This document shows, in pieces, positions 1 through 12,600 of a stretch of DNA of 64,000 bases. A model generated the notes under the pieces. That model worked only from the letters and a program-made list of their open reading frames with translations, did not search any database and was not told the origin of the DNA. A program made the translations under genes and the position numbers. How positions within the stretch are numbered: position 1 is the first letter of the stretch; each line of letters starts with the position of its first letter. Origin of the DNA: Botryllus schlosseri (taxonomy: Eukaryota); assembly GCA_051294905.1 (NCBI GenBank), contig CM119386.1:9920001-9984000 (forward strand), in the 5' to 3' direction.

Positions 1-411
1 ACAACATATTCTACTTTATATGGTCATATACGAAGATCTACGAAGTATGTGGTTGGCCCTTGGCTACGCCAATGCGTCGGAACTGGTGTTTTAGTCATCA
101 ATGTTCCACATTTCGCGGTCAGGTTAATCAAATTGTCGATTGGCCTTGCAAGTTCACAATAACTTTCCCTATTTCTCTGATAACATAACTAATTTCGATA
201 ATACCTCGCGGGTCACTCAAAACCTTCTCGTGGGCCACAGGTTGGCCGCCCCAGACCTGCACCATTGTCCGATATGCATATAAGTTATGTCATTTGAGGA
301 TTTGTGCTTCATTGTTGAGTACGAATATCGAGATAGTGGAGATTCGTAATTCGCCCGTGGCCATTTTCTTTAGACATGTTTGCCTGTAATGCCAAATGTC
401 TATTCTGACAG

Positions 412-642
412 CGAAAACATGCCCTTCCTTGTCTCATTTCGACAATCTACGCTCAATAAGATATGTCCGTGTGAACCGCTCGACACACCTTCCTGAAGAC
501 GCAAGTGAGCCGTTTTGGTATGACACCCGTGCATATCACAAATGTAAGCCGGGATACGAACCTTATCCCACTGATTTACGATTTTGTCACGGGAGGGGAG
601 GTGTGGGCGAGGGAGCGTGGACCAGGCCCGTGGTGTGTACAC
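412..642 (+). CDS. CFB: Bf-like exon: N-terminal CCP/sushi module
   Basis: TCPSLSHF...HKCKPGYEP...RFCHG...AWTRPVVCT; acceptor ctgacag, donor gtgagt; phase 1-1. Confidence 0.8.
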
Positions 643-3600
643 GTGAGTTGAATTTTCTTTATACAGCAACACTTATCGATATTGATCGAGGCACTTCAGA
701 TGTAATGACGATCAAATCAAAAAACCGAAATCGGCAAGAACATGAGTTTTATTTGCCTATTAGCGACAAATATTTACTGTTTTATGGTATGTTTTTGTCG
801 ACTTTTTACGTCGAAACTTATTCGTAATGAAATTAGGTGTTTATCGATACATTGAATATGATGTTGTAGACCAGTGGTTCTTAACCTTTTTTCTTCTAGC
901 GCCCCCTTTCAAAAATTATCGTGCTCCAGCGCCCCACCTCTTATTGTAATGACTGTAATTAAGACAATGGGTGAGAGGGATGACCGTTACAGCACTTCGT
1001 CAGCCCCCTAAAAAACGATTGTCTTGGGCACCCATAGCGTGATAAACCAAACTCATGAAGGCCTCTCCCCCAAGAACCCGTCGCGTGATTTCGATGGCCA
1101 GCAACGTTTATATGGCATGGTCGTCCTAGGAGCCAATATTTTCTATCATGCATGAATGAAATATGTTGTAATTGCATATATATGTCACTATAAACTTTTT
1201 ATTCTCTCAGCCCACGTAATCAGATTTACCAGTAGCGCTGAGTGAGCTGTTGTAATGGAAAAGGAAAGCCACGTAATTAATAATTGAACATATTCGGGCG
1301 TGCCCGTTGGTACAATTAAATCGTTACATGTTATTTTGTTACCTCCTATCCGCTATATAGTCAAAAGCTATTGAAACGCATAAACGTATTAAACTAAAGT
1401 AAGCACACGATTCGAAATTGGTATTTTTTCCCTGACAAATAATATTCTCTGATGGATGTTATTCGTCCTGTGGAGGTGCAGATTGCGACGACATGATAAT
1501 TCGACACGAGCCATTCAGTATCTATGGACAATTAGACTTATATACATCGAAGTTTACGCTCAACATAAGGGCAATCCTCTATCAAGCCATAAGGTTTTCT
1601 CGCTGACGATCTTTTTGACACACTTCTCGGAGTCCCATATTCACCGTAACTTCATATGTCTTCGTGCATCGTGGCGTGGTAATGGCCACCGCCAAAATGC
1701 CTGTTTCTATATTCCATAATTATGCGTATTCTTCCGTGAAGGAGTCGTCAAAACATGATGTTCAATTTATGTTCATTCACCGAAATAATTTAGGGCACCT
1801 TTTGAGCTAACCGATTGCGGGTTTGGGTTGCAGTTTCGGTCTTGGTAAGATGTCAAAGTTCAGTCGGTCTTTTTGAAACTTTGGTATTGGAAATATTTCG
1901 AGCTTTAATCGCGCTCGAGGACCATTCGACTATAATAAACCATGTATCAATTGTGTGTGGTATATTCGGGGTCAAATCAAGGTTGTTATAACAACAATCG
2001 GGTACGGTTTCCTCATACCCAGTGGTTCGAACCCTCCCGAATTCACATCGGCGACTGGCAATACGAGGGAATTAATGGAATTGGATTTTTGTCTTAGTGC
2101 TTGGTGTAACTATAAGTAAGTCAACTGAGAATGGGGTGCATATACCTGCTCAGTGCTCATATTGAATTTAGTACTGTACCCAGTTATTTATTTTAACATG
2201 AATGTATTCCAAACAAAGCAACTCATATTATAGGCCTACAACGTTCATGTGAGGTTGTGAACCACAACACGAGATAGTGTCATCCTTTATGATGAGATGT
2301 TCAAAGAAATATTCAGATGATTTAATTTTGTAGCTCTCAAATACAAGTATATTTAGTTATTCATTTCATGCAAAATGCTTCAAAACTTATTGTATGTACA
2401 AGGGGCTCTCACTCTCAATCAAACGTGATATACAGTGCCTCACATTCTTCGATTTTCACACGCTGTGCGCTGCGCGATATAATACCTAATTCGAAACATT
2501 TTGTTGAAAAAAAAAATTGGCGATCTAAAGGTACGCGCAATTCGTTTTATAAGAATTATAATAACCCACTACATTTAGGAAAACATATGCAGGCCTAGCA
2601 AACATAGTCGCGAATCGCGACCAAAATTTTCGGGATTGGACAGGTTTTGTGGAATGTTAATTTGTTCTGAATAGGCTACTCATTAAGGATATGTCCTACT
2701 ACCACATTATCTACGGCGAAGCCATTTTCTTCAGCGCCCCCTTATCGCCCCCCTATGCCCAGCGCCCCCCCCCCCCCCATTTCGCCCTCTGAGCGTTTGC
2801 GCACCCTTCGAAATCGCCAGCGCCCCTTTGGGGGCGCCGGAGGCAAGGTTAAGAACCACTGTTGTAGACAAATCGATTTATTTGTCGTCTGCAATATAAC
2901 ATAAAAATGCACTTGAATCAATATTACATAATCAGCTACCTGCGCCCAGAGGGACGAACAAGCTATAAAAGAATATGCACTACAATGCGGAGCTAGTTGC
3001 CTTACCTCAAAAGACTGCCCCGGATCGAAAATATGTTGGTGTGACGGAGCATGTGGTAGATCCTGCTTGAAAAAACGTAAACTAATAGCTCTATTTAGGG
3101 CTGCGTAAAAAGTGTTCAAATTGATAAGCTTTCCGTTTACCGAAGGTATATCGTGTGGTGACGCGCCATCAATTCCTCACGCTACCATCGAATACACTGG
3201 TTCAGGACGCGACAAAGTAGCGCACTACCTTTGTGACGAAGGCATGTATATCACCGAAGGAGATGTGTTCAAGAAATGTTCTGGTACGGGTCAGTGGGAA
3301 GGACGGTCTCCGCGTTGCGAACGTCAGTTGCGTATCACGTAATCTGTCGGGCTTTCAAAATATACACCCAGAACTTTTTGTATAGGTGTGGTGTGTCTGG
3401 ATCCAGGCCCTGCAATAAATTCGATGGGTGGCTTTTTAGTTACGGAGAGCACCGCGCCCTATTATTATAACTCGGTTGTAAAATTCGCATGTGGCCCGGG
3501 ACAACGTCTTCTTGGATCGAAACAGCGAACCTGTCTTTCGGACGGTACATGGAGCGGAGTGGATACGGTTTGTGACAATGAAAGTGAGTGTGACAGTACT

Positions 3601-6600
3601 ACATTGGTGCAACGTCGTTGTGATGTGATACTTGATATGGTTGGTTTCACAATTGCTACCAAGACGACGGGCTAAATATACTTGATTGGTCATGAAATGT
3701 TTAAGCAGAGAATCTTGCACCGGTCGATCATTGGCGACGCCATCAATGTGTTATCACTATGGGCAAGTTTTTGTTGCACTAAAATCGTGAGAAAGCTGCA
3801 CTTAATTTTAACAAAAGTTTCATTTAGATAATAATTCTTTAGAATTATCAGGCAATGAGATAGCCTACTCGAAAGGTCCCGCTGTATAACCCAACAGTTT
3901 AAGACTTCAGGATATTCATTCTTCGCTATTCAATCGAAAAATCGATTATGCATACACTATTATGTTCTTTAGGTCTCAAACCTGCATGACAGCATTTCGC
4001 CGTCAGCTCCCACAGAACTGTGAAAATTTGGTACTTCCCCATATCACGGACAGTCTGGCGAGATCACCTAAAATTACTTTTTCCGGTACGCAGCAAGAAA
4101 ATAACGCAATGTGGACATAATTTAGTTAGTCCATGAAAAGTCAAGTGCCATGACCCAAACTTCCTAGGCCTGCAAACTTGGCCGAAGGCATTACAGCAAA
4201 ACTCATTGTTAGCTACTTTACCTAATCAATAGCCTGAAAAAGTGACCCAGTGAAAATGTAATTTTCGGCGGTCTCGCATGGACGTCCGTGAAATAGGATA
4301 GGACCTCAAATTTGAACGACAGTGAATCAATCGCTCGAGTGATTTAGATATAGTTCATGCACTGTCGTGCTTGGCTGGGTTTGTTGCACTTCCACCTTAC
4401 AAGCCTTTGCGTCATAGATAATATTGAGCTGCATCAGTTAATCCATAACAGAGCTCTTTGTTTAGCAAATCAAAGAGAGATCCATGCGGGAAATAGTTTT
4501 GTCGCGAGTTTTTTTAATCAATCCATTACATTTTGCGCAAAAAGTTGCACTAAAAGGTTGCACGAAAAAATGGAAAATATTGCAAAAAGTTGCACTATAA
4601 ACTTCCTCCAAACAGCGTAAAACATCATGCGACATATCTTCTTAGTATTTAGGAAGTTCCCCGATAATAAAAAAAAGTTGCAAAAACTTGCCCTAGTTCA
4701 GGGTTGCCATACGTCCGGAATTTCCCGGACATGTCCCGAATTTCACTGTTCAAACTAGCGTCTCGGAGGAATTTCCAAAATATGCCAAATGTCCGGAATT
4801 TTGAAGGTTTGACGTAGGCTCGTAATTTTTTCGTAAATCAGCATAAAACAATATATTTTGGGAATATTTATGCTAATGCATGATATTTTTCTTCGCGCCG
4901 TGTGCGACTTCCTATCACATTTATTGATTTTAATATGGAGACTACCACCCTCGAAAAAACTGCAATAAAATATAAATAAAAACAACCTTCATTTACTGGA
5001 ATAAGCTTAATTGTAATCGCAATTATAGGAGAACCGTATATTTCTAGAGGCCGTTTAAATGCTTTATTCAATGATAGTGGTTCCAAACGGGGGGTCGTCG
5101 TTTGCCTTTATTCTGGGATTTGCGAATATGTTGAACGTAATCAGCTTCCAAAATAGCCCGTAAGTCTAGGCAAAGGTGCTGACTTCTTTCAGTAATCAGT
5201 TCGTCAAATTTTGATATGGGACAAGGAACATTTTCAAATTGGAGATGGAGTCGCGACCATAAAAGGTTGGAAACCACAGGATGTGGGGTGTTTATAAAGC
5301 TCCGTGGTGCGCACCCGCATAATGCTGATAAACAATGTTATCGGTAGGACATGAACATGACTTAACGATGTACAATTACGCTCCCTGTATTTTTGAACTC
5401 ATCATCCTCCACCAGCTCTACCGCTAACTCTTGTCATGTGGGCGGAGAGTAGTAGGCCTATCTATATAGTAATATATGGAACGACCAATATTATTGACAG
5501 AATCCATTCAAATACCAGATGCATATAGAAACCAGATTCATATAGCAAGCACCCCCCTGCCCCAGAAGTTGCATCGATTACCCTATAGTGTGGGCTATTT
5601 GGGCGGGAGGGGGCTGAAAACATGTGCTTTCGGTCCCGGTTACATAACCACACAGCCACGTACTCCTGAACCGGATCGTGACCACCTCTGGTCTATGAGC
5701 AAAGCTTTGTTAGTGTGACGTCATAATTCATTCAAATCCACTAGTGGGCGCTAAAGAGTGTCCGGAATTTGGGTTGCTGAAATATGGTAACCCTACCCTA
5801 GTTATCACCAAAAAATTCACCTGCGCTAATTTCGTTAGTTATTTATACATGTGAAACGGGGCAGAGATTGAGTTGCTTTGGGTTACCTTTACATAATACG
5901 TCCACTCATGGCGTTTGATATGCAATAAACCAGGGTTATCATATTTTGGAATCGGGAAAGGGGGACACTTTTTAAAAAATTTCAAACTTCGAATACAGGA
6001 GGAAAATCTTGAAGAAATGGTCAATTTTTATATTTTGGCGTCCTCGGAGGACATTTTCAAAAACCTGAAAAAGGAGGACAAATCCTCCTAGAGAAGGACG
6101 TATGGTAACTCTACAATATACATAATCTCGATACTAAACCACGATACACATTCCGCATCAAATGTTGAAAGTACAGAATCAATTCATTATAAAAAAACAG
6201 AGGTGCTCCGTAATGAAGTATGATATAGTTATACTTTTTTGGAGTATTCCAGTGGGTTTTGCCTACTTGTACTAGTTACTCAGGTGATTATGTCTTAGAG
6301 TTAGACCATAGGCACCGACTTTTATTTTTGCATGGGGTGGCGGCAGGCGCGTAGCCAGCGGGTGTCGAAACCCCCTCATTTTTTAACGCAAAACCACGTC
6401 CTTTTGAAATGACCATTCTGACTCTAATATTTAGTTGCAATTCAACAAGTCGTATTATCAGTGTTACGCGGGATCGCGACCAATTAGCGAGATTCGTCTG
6501 TGCACGCATATCCCATCGCACAATGCAACGCGACGCGATCTCCCGCTGAGAAGATTGCAGAATTAGGTCATTGATTGCCGCGCACTCAGCATTCGTCGCT

Positions 6601-9600
6601 GGACTGAGCAGTAACACGGCGCGACAATTCTGGAACACGAAAGACAGACAAGAATTATGATTACAAACGCGCGCGGTCAATCAGTATTTATCCCTTACCG
6701 CCGACACAATGGGTTTTCACTTAGTTTTGAGTTGCTCGCATCACGACTATTGGTTGTTGATTAAAACATCGATTTCGACTGCATTGCTGCATTTCCCGAT
6801 TTGCGTTCGCAAAGTATAATTGGATTAATATTATGGGCATTGGGCACTGCAATAAATTCCAACTTGCAGGCACACACAATAAAACACTGTTCAACTTTGG
6901 GCTCCGAGAATATTTATCACAAAAAATGGTTCACAAAATATTTTAAACGAGGCTTGCGGTCCTCATCGATGCAAATAATGCACTTTAATTTGTAGAAGGT
7001 GGACGCATATTTGGTCGGCAAATCGCGATAGGAGATGGTGTTTCTCAGAGTTCGCGATGAAATCTACGTTTCTAACGACGACGTCGAATTTGTACATCTA
7101 ATAAGGATCGTTAGTTTGCTTAAATCAGCATCAGTACGCTGTGCGAAATACATAATAGTGATCAATTTTTATCGGACTGTACAATCGGCCGGCAAAGTTG
7201 CGCTGATAACGAAACTGCAGACATGCCGCAAACCTGCAATAATTACAATTACAGGGTGCACTATATACCCAGATTCGGCAATGGCAACGAACACAATTTG
7301 TTAACATGCGGGCATAAGTATTAATCAAAAAGATACATAAGCACAAACAATGTTACACTCAGAGATTGTTACTGTTTCGCGAAGGTGATTCTGCGGACGG
7401 TAGCAGGCCTGCATGCGGACGCGCTAAATCAAACCACCGACGATAGTGCACATGAGATATCGATGACCCATTTCGCATGCAAATGATTCTCGCAAATTTG
7501 CAGTCCGCAGCATCGATAATAGGAATTAGTGAATTGGCATTTCAAAAGGACGGGATTTCTAGTTATAAATCAGAAACTTCCTGGCTACGCACCTGGGGTT
7601 TTTATGCCGACAACGCGCTGGTTGATATCAGCCCGTAGGCCCCGATCAGCGAGTCGAATTCGATCGTAAAATGGTGCGCTTGTAATTATCCACGTGTAAT
7701 CGCAGTGAGAGCAATATGGGCGCATGCCGCGACCTTATCAATAGAAATACATATCCCAAAGGTTTGAAATTCGATCAGCGATATGGTTGCGCTCGATTGA
7801 GTCCGTCCAGCAATGAAGTTTATTGGAACATAGAAGGTTCCCGTTCAAACTAATCGAATAAATTCGCTATTCACGCCACCGAGAATCTCGTGTTGCATCA
7901 ATTTTGACAACATTATTCAACGCCGTGCACTGCACAATGCGCAGTATTAATAACAAATCAAACACTGACAAGTGACACAGAGGGAATGCGAGTGTATATA
8001 GCAGACAAGAATTATTGTGGCCTACAGATGATAGCAAACGAGAAAGTGATATAAGTTGGCAAAGCCTTGTTAGAGTAATGAATATGCGCACTTTGCGCTA
8101 TGGAATGACTTTCAATTCGCAGGCATACACAAACACACCGTCCTATTTCGCGCTCCAAGCCTCCAATTAAAAGAGACTATCACGGAACGAACTCAAGAAT
8201 TATTTCGTAAGGGAATATAACAATATATAATATACTATATATATATAATATACAATTTAACTAACGTGAATTCGCTCGTCTGGTCGAGAGAGAAGATGGT
8301 GTTTCTCAGCGAAAGCGTGTCGAAATCGACGTCGTAAACGAGGTTGCCTCGACTGTCTGATTACTAATCACGGATTACAATTTATTAGCACTAGTTCATC
8401 GTCGCCAACGAAGCTGCGTATTAAATTATTCGCGCGCGTATTGGTTAATGGTAAATATTTGGCATTTACGCGCTATTACTCGTTAAGTGGGCGTTTAATC
8501 TTATTGTATGGGGTGGCCGCCACCCCACAAATGTGTCATGGGCGCCTATGTCTTAGACTACCTCTTCTACTTGTTTGCATCACTTGCAAGAGTAAAATTA
8601 AGAACCTCGTGAAATAGCATATTTTCAATATTTTATTTTTTTAATAGTGATCTTATTGTAGCTTTTTGTAGTGATGTTCGTCGTTGTGCGTTAGTTGCGA
8701 ACCGAACATGCATCTTTGCACTTTTGGAAGTATCGCCAACTTCGATTATTATCTGCTAAAGGTAACGAGAACCTCCGAACCGTCGAGCAAATCTGGAGTA
8801 CTGTTTCGAAATTTCATTTTTTACTCTCAATTGAAGTAGTTAATGACAGGCCTTGAAAATTGCTACTTTTACCTGTCGTTGGTAGAAATGGATAGGAACG
8901 CTGACTATTTTGACCAGCTCTGCCCTTAAAACACAATTCGCTATCATTCCGAGAAGTCCGAGTTATAAAAATGAATAATTTATAACAGTCCATTACACCA
9001 TAGCTCTATAGAGCTACTGGATGAAAAATGCTCAAGATGGTTTGACTCTCACAAACAGGTCCCGTTAAGAGGTGTCCTCATCCGGGCGTACCAATAGGCG
9101 GAAGCTTGTTGGGGCAGGGCAAAGACGAAGAATTTATGATTGGAAAAGAAATAGTATTTGCATGCAATAAGGGATTGGTGATGGTTGGCAAAAACCTGCA
9201 GGAATGCCTCTTCAACAGGCAATGGACAGGAAACGGTGCTCCAAGTTGCGTTGGTATGCTATACATTTCTATATTGATTTCTCTTTTGTTGTGGATCGTA
9301 TATTTAACATACCTATCCTTACCCTATCTCGCTAAGAGTACAGTATATATATTGGCAAGCCTTATATAATAATTTCACTGCGCTGCATTACATTACATTG
9401 CGGAAGGAAGGAAGGAAGGAAGGAAGGAAGGAGCGTAGCCTGCTTTATTTTTGTCCTTGATGTTTTTTGCGGCATACACACCGACTCATGATATATACAA
9501 TATACACACAATCCGTGCACATGCTTACCATGAGTGCATGATGATGTGCATATGCCGCAGGACAGGGGAGGTGCAGATATAGTCTTGAACGGCTTTCTAC

Positions 9601-12600
9601 GTCTTGCACCACCCCCTCCATGCGATCCCAGTGATGCATGAGCGCCAAGCGGGGAAGTCATGGATACCAATGTTACTAATCAGGTCTTTGGTATGGCCCG
9701 GCCGGGTATTGAACCCACAACCTACCGATCAATAAGTCGGACGCTTCACCATCACTATATCTTGTCGGTGATATAACCAAAATATCTTCCCAAAACATGA
9801 CAACGTGCAAGTTAGCTGACTGAAAGATATAACGAAGTTTCGCATTGATGGTGGATTTAGAGGTAGTTAGTATTGTGTAATAAAATGCCCATATTGTGCC
9901 AAAAATTATTTAAAGCGACTTTTCTTCTAATCCAGGTATGGTGCAATTCTCTGATATAAGCACAAAATTCTTTTGTTTCCCTTGTCACCTATAGACAATA
10001 GACATGTAGCTGATGCGTCAAGCAACGGCAGAGACCGGCGTGTTTCTTGTATTAGTTCTCAATCGACTCTTGCTGGAGGTGCAGAACTTCAATATACACA
10101 CCCGAATATTCTCAGTTGGTACTCGACAGGGGTAATTGTCAGTAATTAGTAGGAAATTGAACTGTATTTTTGTGGCACTGAGCATGTCGCAAAATTACTA
10201 CTCTTTCGTTAATCGTTTTGATCCCACTAGCAGTGCTTTTCAACCTTTTAGAGCTCCATTCGCACCTTTTTTGCAAAATATATTTCATCTGCACAAACCA
10301 ACCGAAAATTGTTGTACAAAAAGAAGATGAAGATATCTTAACAATATTCTGTTCAGCAATACAAAAAAGGCAATCAATAAAAAGGCCACTGCTTTCCCTC
10401 ATTTTGATTTAAACTACAATGCACTACAATCATTCCCGGCCAAATAAGTTGTTGGGTTTTGCACAAGAACGTCTACGATAGTGCTTGGATGGCAAGGTCT
10501 TAGGAACTGTTCAGCACTCCCATCCAAAGTACAGCGTAGGATATTTTCCGCGAACGAAAAATTCCCCTGACAGAAATCGTAGATGACACAAAGGTCCCGG
10601 AGGCTCAGTTCGTCGACAGGGTGAAAACCAGCATGTTTGTGTTGACTGTTGAGGCTTTTGTCTGATGGTTTGGTAATAGACTCCAAAACGATCAAGGAGA
10701 CTAGGCACCTTAGAGCTTGTTACCTTATGATACGTTGCTCCAACTTATGTTCTGTATATTTTTTAATTTCCCATTTTCCGTTCCGCGAGTAAATGAAAAG
10801 ATCAAAGAAAGTCACGATACCGTGTGTTCGGCGTACAGACATACATAGAGAACGCGCTAACCCCAATTGTACCCAACACAGCTCTATACGAAACATGTCC
10901 GACGCACGCGATTTCAAATTAGGGTGATTAAATTTCTCTGCGCATCGCATTTTTACCTGTGTCTTCCCAGATTGCAAGAGCGGCACTATTCGGTGCCGAC
11001 TGCCGACCATTTCGACAATGGAGCATATTCTTATCGAAAGTTTTGAACAACCAGCGACGGTCATTTTTGACCAAGGTTTTGTCGCGGTTGATGTTATTGG
11101 CAACGCATTTTATCGCAGGTATATGTTAGCCAAAACTTGACGTATTGACGTCTTCATGTGTCCCGACGAAGAAGGGGTTGGCCTCGAAATGAATGTGTCT
11201 CATAGGCTCGAACTCGCTCGTTGCACACCCCACAATGGTTCATCAAAACGGTCTTCGACCAGTCGGGCAAATCGTATCATGAATTCAAACCAAAGGTCGG
11301 CACATTCTCATGATCAAGCCATATTTCTGCGAGTCTCGCTTATTTGCTATGTTACCCAACACAGTGACCTGGATGTTAAAACTATACCAGCATGATTTTT
11401 TTTGCAATAAATTCAACATATATTACACACATATTAACAGATAGCTCTGGCAATGTGTCGACCCAAAATTATGCCGTTTGCGACCCATACTTTAAAGGGC
11501 GAACATGTGCGTTACAGTAACTGGCAAATGTGAGACTGTAATGATGGTACTTACTACTAGGGCTGGGCAAATTCGAGTACCCGAGTGATTCGATTCTGAA
11601 TCACGTATTTTTCCTTCGAGTCGAGTCGAGTATTCGAGTATCACTCATTATGACGTCATAACAAAATTCATTTTGTCAAAGTTCAAATATGTACTTTTTA
11701 TGCGACCAAGAACAATATAATGCCTGTTATCCATCACACTGGAGAGTGGAGATACTTAGGTATTTTTCGACCATACCGATTCCATCACACTTTGAGATAA
11801 TGATGTGGGACGATCATGACTTCGGAAATGTGTTGTTTCTAGCAACCTTCTAAGCTTTTTAATATGTTTTGTACGCTGCGATACGGCCAATTAAGGTTTC
11901 AAGGCTACCACAGTGGAAAATGGTATCGTAACTTTGATTCTCGTTGATAAATTGAATTTCAGCTGCGAAGAGCGTATTATTTTCGTACTCGAAAAAATAG
12001 TAATTTACTACTCGACTCGAATCATTAAAATTATTACTCGATTCAGATTCGAGTACTCGATTCAGATTCGAGTACTCGAATCATTGTGCCCAACCCTACT
12101 TACCACTATCCTCGTGCCTCGCGCTAATCGAACTGTTATTACAAAATATGATGATTGTACTGCTAAAGAAAGCAGAAAGTCAATTTGACGTCATTCTTCC
12201 CGCCTGTCTCAGGCTCGGACGTGCTGATGCACTGTATGTCTGCAACTACACCAGCTTTAGAAACAGGCCTTTGATTACGTAATTATTATAGTGCGACAAT
12301 ATTAATTAACTGCGGCTTGTGAGAGACAAAATTATTCCAAAGTGGTGGTGCGTCGAGAGTCAAACAAGTTTTTACAATTGCGTCGCAACTACAAAAGTTA
12401 GGGAGCCACTGCACTCGAATTTTCGCGCTCATCTGAACTTCAATCCGCACCATATGCCACACGTCCTTCATCCGCACTGCAATTGTTTTCATTCGCACAA
12501 GTGCGTACCATCCCACAGATTAAAAAGAACTGCACTATAGTATTCGCACATGAGCCGCTTTGCGTGCCTGAAAGTTGAAAACAGCACTGTGATAAACAGT

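Noticed and set aside
396-827. ORF-track starts and C-terminal tails of exon-containing ORFs (for example 396-827, 9106-9369, 22428-22760)
   Set aside because: The starts and tails run into introns; only the spliced portions are supported.
9995-10132. Candidate extra Bf exon (DNRHVADASS...)
   Set aside because: The best donor gives phase 0 while the next exon needs phase 1, and CCP4 already joins DPRYSD in frame.
10414-11395. Cluster of short ORFs on both strands in a Bf intron
   Set aside because: It looks like decayed coding sequence, but I could assign no motif or splice structure; BLASTx is needed.
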